DNA from: a virus
Lineage: Duplodnaviria; Caudoviricetes
Strand: one strand, 5' to 3'
Virus record (IMG/VR): IMGVR_UViG_3300020414_001611
Location: 1-24,183 of that record
DNA: 24,183 bases
The position numbers and the translations under genes were made by a program. The notes under the pieces are model-generated. The model saw nothing but the letters and a program-made list of their open reading frames with translations, was not told the origin of the DNA and did not search any database. Below, piece by piece: positions 1 to 7,630 of the stretch. Each line of letters starts with the position of its first letter. Position 1 is the first letter of the stretch.

Positions 1-59
1 AACATCACTTGGCATACAAGATTAGCAACTGGATATAAGTATCAAGACACCCCATGTGA

Positions 60-365
60 ATGATGAAAGACCTACCTAGTATTCCGAAGGAAAATCTACC
101 TCAAGAGATTAGAGAAATCATTGGTGATGAAGATGCTGTCTTCGATCTTCTCACTGATGAGAAGTTTGCTGATGACTTTCCGATCAGTGCTCAAGATTAT
201 GTTGATGCAAAGATTGACAGTCAGAGGAAAAGGGTGTATTATAACCGCTATGTGGAGGAGATGAAATCCCTCTACAAAAAGTTGGAGAGAGGAAAACTCT
301 CTATTGATGAAGCAGAAAAACTTATGCAAGAGGCACGAGACAAAAGAGACTCGTATCAATCTTGA
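60..365 (+). CDS. Hypothetical phage protein (101 aa)
   Basis: Open ORF on the coding strand of the neighbouring genes, with an acidic N-half and charged helical C-half; no family recognised. Confidence 0.7.
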   Translation: MMKDLPSIPKENLPQEIREIIGDEDAVFDLLTDEKFADDFPISAQDYVDAKIDSQRKRVYYNRYVEEMKSLYKKLERGKLSIDEAEKLMQEARDKRDSYQS

Positions 366-395
366 CATATTCTTAAGACTCTGCTAGTATAAATA
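362..395 (+). promoter_or_regulatory. Overlapping sigma70-type early promoter and T4-type late promoter
   Basis: TTGACA 362-367, 17-nt spacer, TGc-TAGTAT 382-390; perfect TATAAATA at 388-395. Confidence 0.8.
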
Positions 396-398
396 CTG

Positions 399-474
399 AT
401 TCGTGAGGCGCTTCATGAATTGTAACAAACGGGACATGTCGAGTCCCTATCCATCTGCGGGTAACCATTCCGCA
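399..474 (+). promoter_or_regulatory. Structured 5' leader (three hairpins) of the outer-membrane protein gene
   Basis: Stems: ATTCGTGAG/TTCATGAAT 399-420, GGGAC/GTCCC 431-447, TGCGGG/TCCGCA 456-474. Confidence 0.5.
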
Positions 475-497
475 AGTAAAACAAAGGTATTAAACAA

Positions 498-869
498 ATG
501 ATCAAAACTGCTTTCGCTGCTGCAGCTGCAGCCGTTGCTTTCGCTGCTCCTGGTGCTGCCCTTGCAGGTCCCTACGTTAACGTAGAGGCAAACTCAGGTT
601 TCACTGGCTCGGATTACACTGGTACAACCACAGATGCTCATGTAGGCTGGGCTGGCGAGTCTGGTGCTGTTTCCTATGGCGCTCAAATCGGTCCCTCCTT
701 CGTCGTAACTGACGGTGGTGAGTCTGACACCGTTCTGTCTGGTAAGGTCTATGGTAGCGTTGCTGCTACTGAGCGACTGTCCATCTATGGCGAGCTCTCC
801 TTCGCTGGTGGCGTTGATGACGCTGACAACGGTTACGGCACCAAGGTGGGTGCAACCTTCTCGTTCTGA
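498..869 (+). CDS. Small exported protein, putative outer-membrane beta-barrel (123 aa)
   Basis: Ala-rich signal peptide ending ALA, alternating Gly/aromatic beta-strand pattern, C-terminal GTKVGATFSF ending in Phe (beta-signal-like); SD-like AAAGGT upstream. Confidence 0.7.
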   Translation: MIKTAFAAAAAAVAFAAPGAALAGPYVNVEANSGFTGSDYTGTTTDAHVGWAGESGAVSYGAQIGPSFVVTDGGESDTVLSGKVYGSVAATERLSIYGELSFAGGVDDADNGYGTKVGATFSF

Positions 870-870
870 T

Positions 871-878
871 TATAAATA
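871..878 (+). promoter_or_regulatory. T4-type late promoter
   Basis: Perfect TATAAATA one base after the upstream stop codon. Confidence 0.75.
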
Positions 879-883
879 TGTTT

Positions 884-950
884 GAGACCTTTCGTGCGGT
901 CTCTACAAAAGTCGGAACACCCAATGGGACTCTACGGAGTCCCTTTTTTT
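884..950 (+). ncRNA. Candidate late small RNA (hairpin, single-stranded linker, terminator)
   Basis: Lies between the late promoter at 871-878 and the terminator at 926-950; 5' hairpin GAGACC/GGTCTC 884-903; no plausible coding ORF. Confidence 0.5.
926..950 (+). terminator. Rho-independent terminator
   Basis: GGGACTC-TACG-GAGTCCC (C-UACG-G tetraloop) followed by T7. Confidence 0.9.
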
Positions 951-963
951 ATCAGAGGATGAT

Positions 964-1200
964 ATGAAATTTACAGTATATACTAAGAGAGGTTGTCCTT
1001 ACTGCGTAAAGGTCAAGCAAGTATTAGAAGCAAAAGAGTTTGAATTTAATGAATATCTTCTTGAAAGGGACTTCCGTAGAGAAGATTTTTATAGTAAATT
1101 TGGACAGGGGAGTACCTTTCCTCAAGTGATTCTAGATGATACGAATTTAGGTGGATGCACAGATACAATTAAGTATCTGAGAGAACAGAATCTACTATAA
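964..1200 (+). CDS. nrdC: Glutaredoxin (NrdC-like)
   Basis: CPYC active site, TFPQV and GGCTD motifs, 78 aa; SD GAGGA upstream. Confidence 0.92.
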   Translation: MKFTVYTKRGCPYCVKVKQVLEAKEFEFNEYLLERDFRREDFYSKFGQGSTFPQVILDDTNLGGCTDTIKYLREQNLL

Positions 1201-1203
1201 ATA
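1196..1203 (+). promoter_or_regulatory. T4-type late promoter
   Basis: Perfect TATAAATA overlapping the glutaredoxin stop codon. Confidence 0.7.
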
Positions 1204-1263
1204 AATTCAGTCAAGCTTAGGGAGGTTGGTTTCCAAACATTAACTTTTACACAGGGGGAAACC

Positions 1264-1503
1264 ATGTTAGTCGCACTATCAGTTTTAGTTACAATCGGTG
1301 CATTCATTCTAGGGATCACCGTTTCCTGGTTGGCAAAAGGATACGTTGAAGATTACATCGAAAACGCTGCTTATGCTAAATCAGTTACTCATCCAGAAAT
1401 GTTGGATGAGGATGGTAATATCTTACATGATGACTTGATTTATGTAAGACCAGATATCCAGTATTGGACTGATGAAGATACCTGGGATGATGATGAAGAA
1501 TGA
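1264..1503 (+). CDS. Small membrane-anchored hypothetical protein
   Basis: N-terminal hydrophobic helix, THPEMLDEDGN motif, acidic tail; resembles a conserved cyanomyovirus protein. Confidence 0.8.
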   Translation: MLVALSVLVTIGAFILGITVSWLAKGYVEDYIENAAYAKSVTHPEMLDEDGNILHDDLIYVRPDIQYWTDEDTWDDDEE

Positions 1504-1517
1504 TTTAGGAGTTTATT

Positions 1518-1976
1518 ATGCCTACAACAACAAACAGTAGTAGTAGACTACTGATTTCTGAAGTGTTACGAAAAGTCAGTAATGCCAAAACAAAAAAGGA
1601 GAAAGTAGATCTTCTCCGTAGATACAATAGCACTGCTCTTCGCCAGTTGTTAATCATCAACTTCGACGACAGTGTTATTTCTATGATGCCTGAAGGGGAG
1701 GTTCCTTACACTCCCAATGATGCTCCTGTTGGCACCGATCACACTCGCCTGGAGCATGAGTATAAAGGTCTCTATCGTTTCTTCAAAGGTGGTGCAAAAC
1801 TTCCTGGTTTGAAGCGAGAGTCTATGTTTGTCCAACTTTTAGAAGGTCTGTCTGCAGAGGAAGCAGAGCTCGTGTGCCTGGTAAAGGATAAGAAGTTGGG
1901 AGACAAGTATAAAAGAATTACCAAGGCAGTCGTCAGTGAAGCATTCCCTCAGATCGAATGGGGAGGTCGTTCTTGA
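1518..1976 (+). CDS. Conserved T4-like cyanophage hypothetical protein (possibly DUF6433-like)
   Basis: 152-aa ORF with SD AGGAG; PEGEVPY and KRESMFVQLLEGL motifs recalled from marine T4-like phages. Confidence 0.8.
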   Translation: MPTTTNSSSRLLISEVLRKVSNAKTKKEKVDLLRRYNSTALRQLLIINFDDSVISMMPEGEVPYTPNDAPVGTDHTRLEHEYKGLYRFFKGGAKLPGLKRESMFVQLLEGLSAEEAELVCLVKDKKLGDKYKRITKAVVSEAFPQIEWGGRS

Positions 1977-2236
1977 AAATTATTCATAAGGAATGTGACC
2001 CATCTCTTGCACAAGATCGGTCACTTCCTTACACAGCATTCATGGTTGAATACCTACAAGACGGTATCACCAAGTTTGATATTGCTTCTGGTAGTAAGCA
2101 ATCAGAAATTTTTGATTATTACTGGGATCTTTATCGAAACGATTTTGTAAACATGACCCAAACTGAGGGCAGAATTAATCCTAAACTATGGCAAGATCCT
2201 TCTTCCAAAAAAGACCCCGTAAAGAAAAGAAAATAA
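1973..2236 (+). CDS. Conserved hypothetical phage protein
   Basis: Start reassigned to TTG 1973 (GGAGG at 1962-1966; TTGA overlap with the upstream stop); in frame with ORF 1958..2236. Confidence 0.75.
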   Translation: MKIIHKECDPSLAQDRSLPYTAFMVEYLQDGITKFDIASGSKQSEIFDYYWDLYRNDFVNMTQTEGRINPKLWQDPSSKKDPVKKRK

Positions 2237-2469
2237 TGACGGTAATGCTAGATCCTAGAGTAAAGGATCAAGAACTTGAAGAAGAGGAGACTGAAGAGAG
2301 CTCTCCTGCTTATACTCTTGGTGCATTAGCAGCATTTGTGGTTGCATTACCACTCATAACTATGCTATTATGGAATTGGTTGATGCCAGCAATCTTTGGG
2401 TTACCTCCTATTGGATTCTTTAAGTCTATGGGACTGTTGGCACTTTCTTTTATATTTTTCAAGCGATGA
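2236..2469 (+). CDS. Small membrane protein with two hydrophobic segments
   Basis: TAATG stop/start coupling at 2234-2238; LWNWLMPAIFGLPPIGF motif. Confidence 0.75.
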   Translation: MTVMLDPRVKDQELEEEETEESSPAYTLGALAAFVVALPLITMLLWNWLMPAIFGLPPIGFFKSMGLLALSFIFFKR

Positions 2470-3110
2470 CTAAAGTATGTCTTGTCTCTGTCACTCCTGA
2501 TGCAGAGAAAACAATGGGGTATGTTGCTCGGGTAAGCAACCCCAACAATCAGGAAAATCCTAAAGTCGCGGGTCTACTGAAGTATTGCATTCAGCATGGG
2601 CATTGGTCTGTGTTTGAGCAGGCACACATGACTCTTGAGATCAATACCACCAGGGGTCTGGCAGCTCAAATTTTGCGGCATCGTAGTTTTACATACCAGG
2701 AGTTCTCACAACGCTATGCTGACTCTTCTTTACTTGGGGATGTTATTCCTCTTCCTGATCTACGTCGTCAGGACACAAAGAATCGACAAAACTCCATCGA
2801 TGATGTTGATCCCTTTACCCGTCAAGAATTCCAGATCAAGATCCAGAAGCACTTTGAAGAGGGGATGAAACTATATAAGGATATGCTCAATGCAGATATT
2901 GCAAAGGAGTGTGCCCGTTTTGTGCTTCCTTTGGCAACGCCAACCCGACTTTACATGACGGGATCTGTGCGTTCATGGGTGCATTATATTGACCTGAGGT
3001 CTGCCAACGGCACACAGAAAGAGCATATGGATATTGCTAATGATTGTAAAAAGATTTTTGCAGAGCAGTTTCCTACAGTAGCAGAAGCACTTGAATGGAG
3101 GATCGACTAA
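2466..3110 (+). CDS. thyX: FAD-dependent thymidylate synthase ThyX
   Basis: HWSVFE motif, ThyX signature RHRSFTYQEFSQRY, ECARFVLP, TQKEH. Confidence 0.96.
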   Translation: MTKVCLVSVTPDAEKTMGYVARVSNPNNQENPKVAGLLKYCIQHGHWSVFEQAHMTLEINTTRGLAAQILRHRSFTYQEFSQRYADSSLLGDVIPLPDLRRQDTKNRQNSIDDVDPFTRQEFQIKIQKHFEEGMKLYKDMLNADIAKECARFVLPLATPTRLYMTGSVRSWVHYIDLRSANGTQKEHMDIANDCKKIFAEQFPTVAEALEWRID

Positions 3111-3340
3111 TGCCTACTTACCCAGTAATAAATAAGACCACTGGAGAGAAAAAAACTCTCCATATGACTATGAAAGAATACTGTGCCTGGAAGGATGAAA
3201 ATCCTGACTGGGATAAAGATTGGATGGAAGGTGTCGCTGGCACTACCTATGGCAAACCAAAACAGTCTGACGGTTTCAAAGAAGTCATGTCCAAAGTCCA
3301 AAAAGCACATCCTCGTGCAAACCTGAGTCGATTTACTTGA
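3110..3340 (+). CDS. Conserved hypothetical protein (MPTY N-terminus)
   Basis: TAATG coupling to thyX; MPTYPVIN...DGFKEVMSKV pattern, usually found upstream of phoH in these phages. Confidence 0.75.
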   Translation: MPTYPVINKTTGEKKTLHMTMKEYCAWKDENPDWDKDWMEGVAGTTYGKPKQSDGFKEVMSKVQKAHPRANLSRFT

Positions 3341-3342
3341 AT

Positions 3343-4104
3343 ATGGCTAGAGCAAGAAAACGCAACAATGGCGGTCCTCCTGTCCCCCCTGGTATGTCTG
3401 CAAAACAAATCAAAAGAAAGAAACCGATTGATGCATCTTACATGGTGCCTATCAATCCTCTTACTCCCAACCAAGAGACTGTCTTTGAGCAGTATGGGTT
3501 AGGACAAAACATTCTCCTTCACGGTGCAGCGGGCACAGGTAAGACATTCATCACGCTCTATCTTGCTTTGCAGGAAGTGCTTGACGAAAACAGTCCTTAT
3601 GATAAAATCTATATTGTAAGGTCTCTTGTGCCTACTAGAGAGATTGGTTTCCTTCCTGGAGACCACGAAGATAAGTCTGCTCTCTATCAAATCCCATACA
3701 AAAATATGGTGAGGTATATGTTTAGTATGCCTGATGATAATTCATTTGACATGCTCTATGATAACCTCCGAGCGCAGGAAACTATTTCATTTTGGTCTAC
3801 TTCTTTTATCCGTGGAGTTACTCTTGACAATGCCATTGTTATTGTCGATGAGTTCTCGAATCTTAACTTCCATGAGTTAGATTCTATGATCACTCGTATT
3901 GGTGAAGACTCTAAGATCATGCTCTGTGGTGATATCACCCAGTCAGACTTGACTAGAGATAATGAGAAGTCTGGTATTGCAGACTTCATTAAGATTCTCC
4001 AAAACATGAAAGAGTTTACTTGTGTCGAGTTTGGTATCGATGATATCGTCCGCTCGGGTCTCGTTAAATCTTATCTACTTACAAAATATAACCTTGGTTT
4101 CTAA
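3343..4104 (+). CDS. phoH: PhoH family ATPase
   Basis: Walker A GAAGTGKT, REIGFLPG, RGVTLD, IVDE, TRIG, GDITQSD, DIVRSGLV; ATG 3343 preferred over TTG 3337. Confidence 0.96.
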   Translation: MARARKRNNGGPPVPPGMSAKQIKRKKPIDASYMVPINPLTPNQETVFEQYGLGQNILLHGAAGTGKTFITLYLALQEVLDENSPYDKIYIVRSLVPTREIGFLPGDHEDKSALYQIPYKNMVRYMFSMPDDNSFDMLYDNLRAQETISFWSTSFIRGVTLDNAIVIVDEFSNLNFHELDSMITRIGEDSKIMLCGDITQSDLTRDNEKSGIADFIKILQNMKEFTCVEFGIDDIVRSGLVKSYLLTKYNLGF

Positions 4105-4781
4105 TGCCCTTTAATTTTATTGATGTCAATGTCAACGAAGTTGATGTTGATCCTGTGAGTCGTGATGGTGTAAGGTTTTACCCCATCCCTGGGGCTGATA
4201 AATATTATCCAAGCGTGACTTCAGTCACATCTTTTAAGAATGCACAATTCTTTGCTGAATGGCGCAAACGAATTGGTGAGACTGAAGCAAATCGCATCAC
4301 CGCTCGTGCTACCCAACGTGGCACAGCGTTTCACAGCATGGCAGAAGATTACTTCAAGGGGGCACTGGACGTTAACAAATACTTGGAAAATAATCCATTG
4401 TCTGTTAGAATGTTTCAGTCCGCAAAGACTACGTTTAACCGTATTAACAACATACACTGCCTAGAAACTTTTTTATATTCTCATTACCTTGGTCTTGCTG
4501 GTCGAGTAGACTGCATCGCTGAGTATGATGGGGAGTTGGCAGTGGTAGATTTTAAAACCTCCACTAAAGAAAAGAGTGAGAAGCATATCGAGCATTACTT
4601 TGTGCAAGAGACTGCTTATGCTGCAATGTTTTTAGAAAGGACAGGCATAGAGGTAAAGAAAATTGTCACACTTATCGCGGTTGAAGACGGGTCTATTCAA
4701 GTGTTTCAGAAGTACAATCTTGATGACTATTTACAGTTACTTAAATCCTACATCGAAGAATTTGCAAATGCCAAAGGATAA
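4104..4781 (+). CDS. PD-(D/E)XK exonuclease
   Basis: YPSVT, RGTAFH, AGRVDC, VVDFKTS, QETAYA motifs (RecB/Cas4-like nuclease fold). Confidence 0.9.
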   Translation: MPFNFIDVNVNEVDVDPVSRDGVRFYPIPGADKYYPSVTSVTSFKNAQFFAEWRKRIGETEANRITARATQRGTAFHSMAEDYFKGALDVNKYLENNPLSVRMFQSAKTTFNRINNIHCLETFLYSHYLGLAGRVDCIAEYDGELAVVDFKTSTKEKSEKHIEHYFVQETAYAAMFLERTGIEVKKIVTLIAVEDGSIQVFQKYNLDDYLQLLKSYIEEFANAKG

Positions 4782-5019
4782 TCCTGAGGAGAAATTCATG
4801 ACACCAACCAAATTCTCGATGGAGATTGAGAGATTGGTAAAGACTAGTCATGGATTAATCACTTATGTCGAAGCGGTAGTTACATACTGCCAAGAAAATG
4901 ACATTGAAATTGAGTCTGTGCCTAAGTTGCTATCCAAACCTCTCAAAGAACGGTTGAAGCATGAAGCACAGCGAATGAATTACATGAAGAAAACTACTAA
5001 AGGAGTTCTCCCGTTGTGA
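4768..5019 (+). CDS. gp33: Late promoter transcription accessory protein gp33
   Basis: FSMEIE...YVEAVVTYCQEN.IE.E...LLSKPLKE.L..EA pattern; position before gp59-gp32; start set to ATG 4768. Confidence 0.85.
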   Translation: MPKDNPEEKFMTPTKFSMEIERLVKTSHGLITYVEAVVTYCQENDIEIESVPKLLSKPLKERLKHEAQRMNYMKKTTKGVLPL

Positions 5020-5615
5020 CTGGATTTGAAGTGTATCAAATGTATCTCGCATTGAAAAATCACTTCACCAAACCTGATTATGATTATGTGAAATACAGAG
5101 GAAAGACTCGCGCAAGCGAGAAATCCTTTGAAAAAAGAAAAGACGTTTACTTTTTCAAAAAATTAGCAACGAAGTATTCTAGTGAAACAATGCTGGATTT
5201 CTTCGTTGCTAATTTTATTAATGACCCTAAAGGATACCTGAGAAACTTTAGTGGTGACATCTACACCAAGTGGAAAGTCCATCAAGAGTCTTTCACTTAT
5301 AAATTTAAACAGGATATAGATCTCCTTTTAGAAGACGTGGGATTTCCCTACGAAGATAACTTTGACAAACTATTCCATGCTGAAAGGGGCAAACATCCTA
5401 TCCTTCTCAAACGATATTACTCTAGTGAAGTAAATCTTGAAACCCTTGTCGTTTTTGACCACTGTCTCCAATATGTACACCGTGTTGACAAGGTATTGAC
5501 AGATCCTATGTGGAAAGATACTAAACTCAAGGTCCAAAAGTATCAACCTTTTCTGACTATCGATTGTAAGAAGTATAAGAAAATAATTTTAGAGACGATC
5601 AAGGCAAAGCTATGA
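5016..5615 (+). CDS. gp59: Loader of gp41 DNA helicase, gp59
   Basis: YLALKNHF..YDY.KY.GK, F.KRKD.YFF.KL, LETLV motifs; gene order gp33-gp59-gp32. Confidence 0.88.
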   Translation: MTGFEVYQMYLALKNHFTKPDYDYVKYRGKTRASEKSFEKRKDVYFFKKLATKYSSETMLDFFVANFINDPKGYLRNFSGDIYTKWKVHQESFTYKFKQDIDLLLEDVGFPYEDNFDKLFHAERGKHPILLKRYYSSEVNLETLVVFDHCLQYVHRVDKVLTDPMWKDTKLKVQKYQPFLTIDCKKYKKIILETIKAKL

Positions 5616-5947
5616 GTCAGTTTTTCAAGTCCGAGCAAGTCCAAGTAGACCTACAAACAATATTTGAAACTTATCAGGAGGTTGCAAACAAAACATCTCA
5701 ACTCCCAACAATGAATAAGGAGGAGAAACTACGTCATATCGATGACTGTAGAGAACTAATCACAAAACAGAAAACTTTTTATACAAGATTGACCCTTGCT
5801 TCACACGATGATGAGGAAGCAGCGGACATGAAGACCAGGATTAATGCCCTGGCAAATGCATTTGGGTATCGAGACCTGGCAGAGTGCATGGATGCCATGG
5901 TTAGGACACTAGAACAAGCGGCACAACAGGAGGTTGACCGCGACTAA
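5612..5947 (+). CDS. Cyanobacteria/cyanophage conserved protein (DUF1825-like)
   Basis: FFKSEQVQ N-terminus and KQKTFYTRLTL..DD.EA motif recalled from DUF1825. Confidence 0.7.
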   Translation: MSQFFKSEQVQVDLQTIFETYQEVANKTSQLPTMNKEEKLRHIDDCRELITKQKTFYTRLTLASHDDEEAADMKTRINALANAFGYRDLAECMDAMVRTLEQAAQQEVDRD

Positions 5948-5962
5948 ATAGTATGCTACGAT
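5934..5962 (+). promoter_or_regulatory. Early promoter with an embedded late-type element, upstream of gp32
   Basis: TTGACC 5934-5939, 17-nt spacer, TGc-TACGAT 5954-5962; CTAAATA at 5944-5950. Confidence 0.65.
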
Positions 5963-6014
5963 AACCCAGTAGCAAACAATCCAACTACACACATTCAATA
6001 CGGAGAATACGATC

Positions 6015-6974
6015 ATGTCTTTTGCATCTCTTAAGAAGGCTAGTGCCGCTGGCAACACGATTGCCAAACTTACGAAAGAGATCGAGAAAATCAACCAACC
6101 TCAAGGTGGAGGCGGTCCTGATGAGCGCCTTTGGAAACCTGAGTTGGACAAGTCTGGCAACGGTTACGCTGTCATTCGTTTCCTTCCTGCTCCTGATGGA
6201 GAGGATATGCCCTGGGCAAAGATTTGGAGTCATGCCTTCAAGGGTCCTGGCGGACAATGGTATATTGAAAACTCTTTGACCACTCTGGGCAAAGACGATC
6301 CCGTGGGTGAGCTTAACCGCACCCTCTGGAATAGTGGATCTGATCGCGACAAGGAAACTGCTCGTGCTCAGAAGCGTAAACTGTCATACTACAGCAACAT
6401 TTATGTCGTGAGCGATCCTGCTCACCCCGAAAACGAAGGTAAAGTCTTCCTCTACAAGTTCGGCAAAAAGATCTTCGACAAACTGGTTGAAGCAATGCAA
6501 CCTGCATTTGCTGACGAGACTCCTCTCGACCCCTTTAACTTCTGGACTGGCGCTGACTTCAAACTGAAGATCCGCAAGGTCGATGGTTACTGGAATTATG
6601 ATAAGTCTGAGTTTGCATCTCCTGGCACTCTTGGTGACTACTCTGATGATCGCCTTGAGTCTATCTGGAAGCAGGCATACTCTCTCGCTGAGTTTGAAGA
6701 TCCCAAAAACTTCAAGACTTACGAGCAACTTCAGCAGCGTCTGAATCTGGTGCTCGGTAAGGCTCCTGCTCCTGCTCCTCGTGTCGATGAGTCTGAGGAA
6801 GAAGTCTTCGCTGCACCTACTGGTGGTTTCAACGACCCCGACATCACTCCCTCCAACAAACCCGAATGGGCACAGGAGATCTCTGACTTCCGACAGAAAG
6901 CAGTAGCATCCTCTCCTGTTGAGGATGAAGATGATGCTCTGTCCTACTTTGCTAAACTTGCTGAGGAAGATTGA
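6015..6974 (+). CDS. gp32: Single-stranded DNA-binding protein gp32
   Basis: DERLWKP..DKSGNGYAVIRFLP, WYIENSLTTLG, YKFGKKIFDK, NYDKSEF motifs; acidic tail ending LSYFAKLAEED. Confidence 0.96.
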   Translation: MSFASLKKASAAGNTIAKLTKEIEKINQPQGGGGPDERLWKPELDKSGNGYAVIRFLPAPDGEDMPWAKIWSHAFKGPGGQWYIENSLTTLGKDDPVGELNRTLWNSGSDRDKETARAQKRKLSYYSNIYVVSDPAHPENEGKVFLYKFGKKIFDKLVEAMQPAFADETPLDPFNFWTGADFKLKIRKVDGYWNYDKSEFASPGTLGDYSDDRLESIWKQAYSLAEFEDPKNFKTYEQLQQRLNLVLGKAPAPAPRVDESEEEVFAAPTGGFNDPDITPSNKPEWAQEISDFRQKAVASSPVEDEDDALSYFAKLAEED

Positions 6975-7180
6975 TGACTGACCCGATTACCGTTGATGAT
7001 TATAAACTCGTCTCTGACGAGTTCTTTCAAAAATATGACTTCGTAAAAGAGCGTCTACAACTGGGTGCTAAAGCGGAAGATGTTTTGAAAGTTATGGAAG
7101 CACTCTCTGCACAGGTAATCAAGGACCGAGTGAAAGATAAACTCGGTCCCTTTGGTTTCAACAAAAAAACTGAGGACTAA
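6974..7180 (+). CDS. Hypothetical protein
   Basis: TGATG coupling to the gp32 stop; 68 aa. Confidence 0.7.
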   Translation: MTDPITVDDYKLVSDEFFQKYDFVKERLQLGAKAEDVLKVMEALSAQVIKDRVKDKLGPFGFNKKTED

Positions 7181-7182
7181 CT

Positions 7183-7575
7183 ATGAAACTCGCACTCGCT
7201 GCCTTATTGCTGCTGACTTCAACTCCTGCTATGGCAGGTCACCAACAAAGTGGATGGTCTAGGGAAGAGAAGTGTTATAAGCGTGTCTATCGTGAAGAGT
7301 ATGTGCCAGGGACATTCAAAAACCCTGGTTATGTGAAGACATATAAGAAGCGTGTAAGAGTGCCTTGTGAAGATCGTCGATCTCACACTCATCATACTCC
7401 TAGAGCTAGAGGTGGTCATGAAGATGACAACTCTTGCATCGAAGGTAGTGTCCTTGGTGGTATCGGTGGCGCTGGTTTAGGTGCTGCTCTGTCCCGTGGA
7501 GACGGACGCCTCTGGGCAATCCCTCTAGGTATTGTCGGTGGTGCAATGGTAGGATGCCAAGTTGATGGAGGTTGA
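7183..7575 (+). CDS. Exported protein with a C-terminal glycine-zipper (2TM) domain
   Basis: Signal peptide ending AMA, SD GAGGA, GxxxG repeats GSVLGGIGGAGLGAAL and LGIVGGAMVG. Confidence 0.8.
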   Translation: MKLALAALLLLTSTPAMAGHQQSGWSREEKCYKRVYREEYVPGTFKNPGYVKTYKKRVRVPCEDRRSHTHHTPRARGGHEDDNSCIEGSVLGGIGGAGLGAALSRGDGRLWAIPLGIVGGAMVGCQVDGG

Positions 7576-7630
7576 AACCAAAATCGACTTTTAGTTCCCA
7601 AAAAGGGGCAAAAAAAATCCCGCCAAAAAT

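Noticed and set aside
9-41. Promoter-like TTGGCA and TATAAGTA before the first ORF
   Set aside because: Spacing does not fit sigma70 and the late motif has a mismatch; possible but not supportable at the window edge.
421-436. NtcA-like site TGTA-N8-GACA in the leader
   Set aside because: Mismatch in the TAC half-site, lies downstream of the promoter, and overlaps a hairpin arm that already explains the sequence.
3240-3342. Pho box upstream of phoH
   Set aside because: No tandem direct repeat with 11-bp spacing seen; phoH is embedded in an operon.
4104-4781. Cas4-like nuclease as a sign of CRISPR
   Set aside because: No Fe-S cysteine cluster, no array and no other cas genes; it is the usual phage exonuclease next to phoH.
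7585-7592. CGACTTTT complementary to the sRNA linker AAAAGTCG (907-914)
   Set aside because: An 8-nt match is expected by chance in a 24-kb window.
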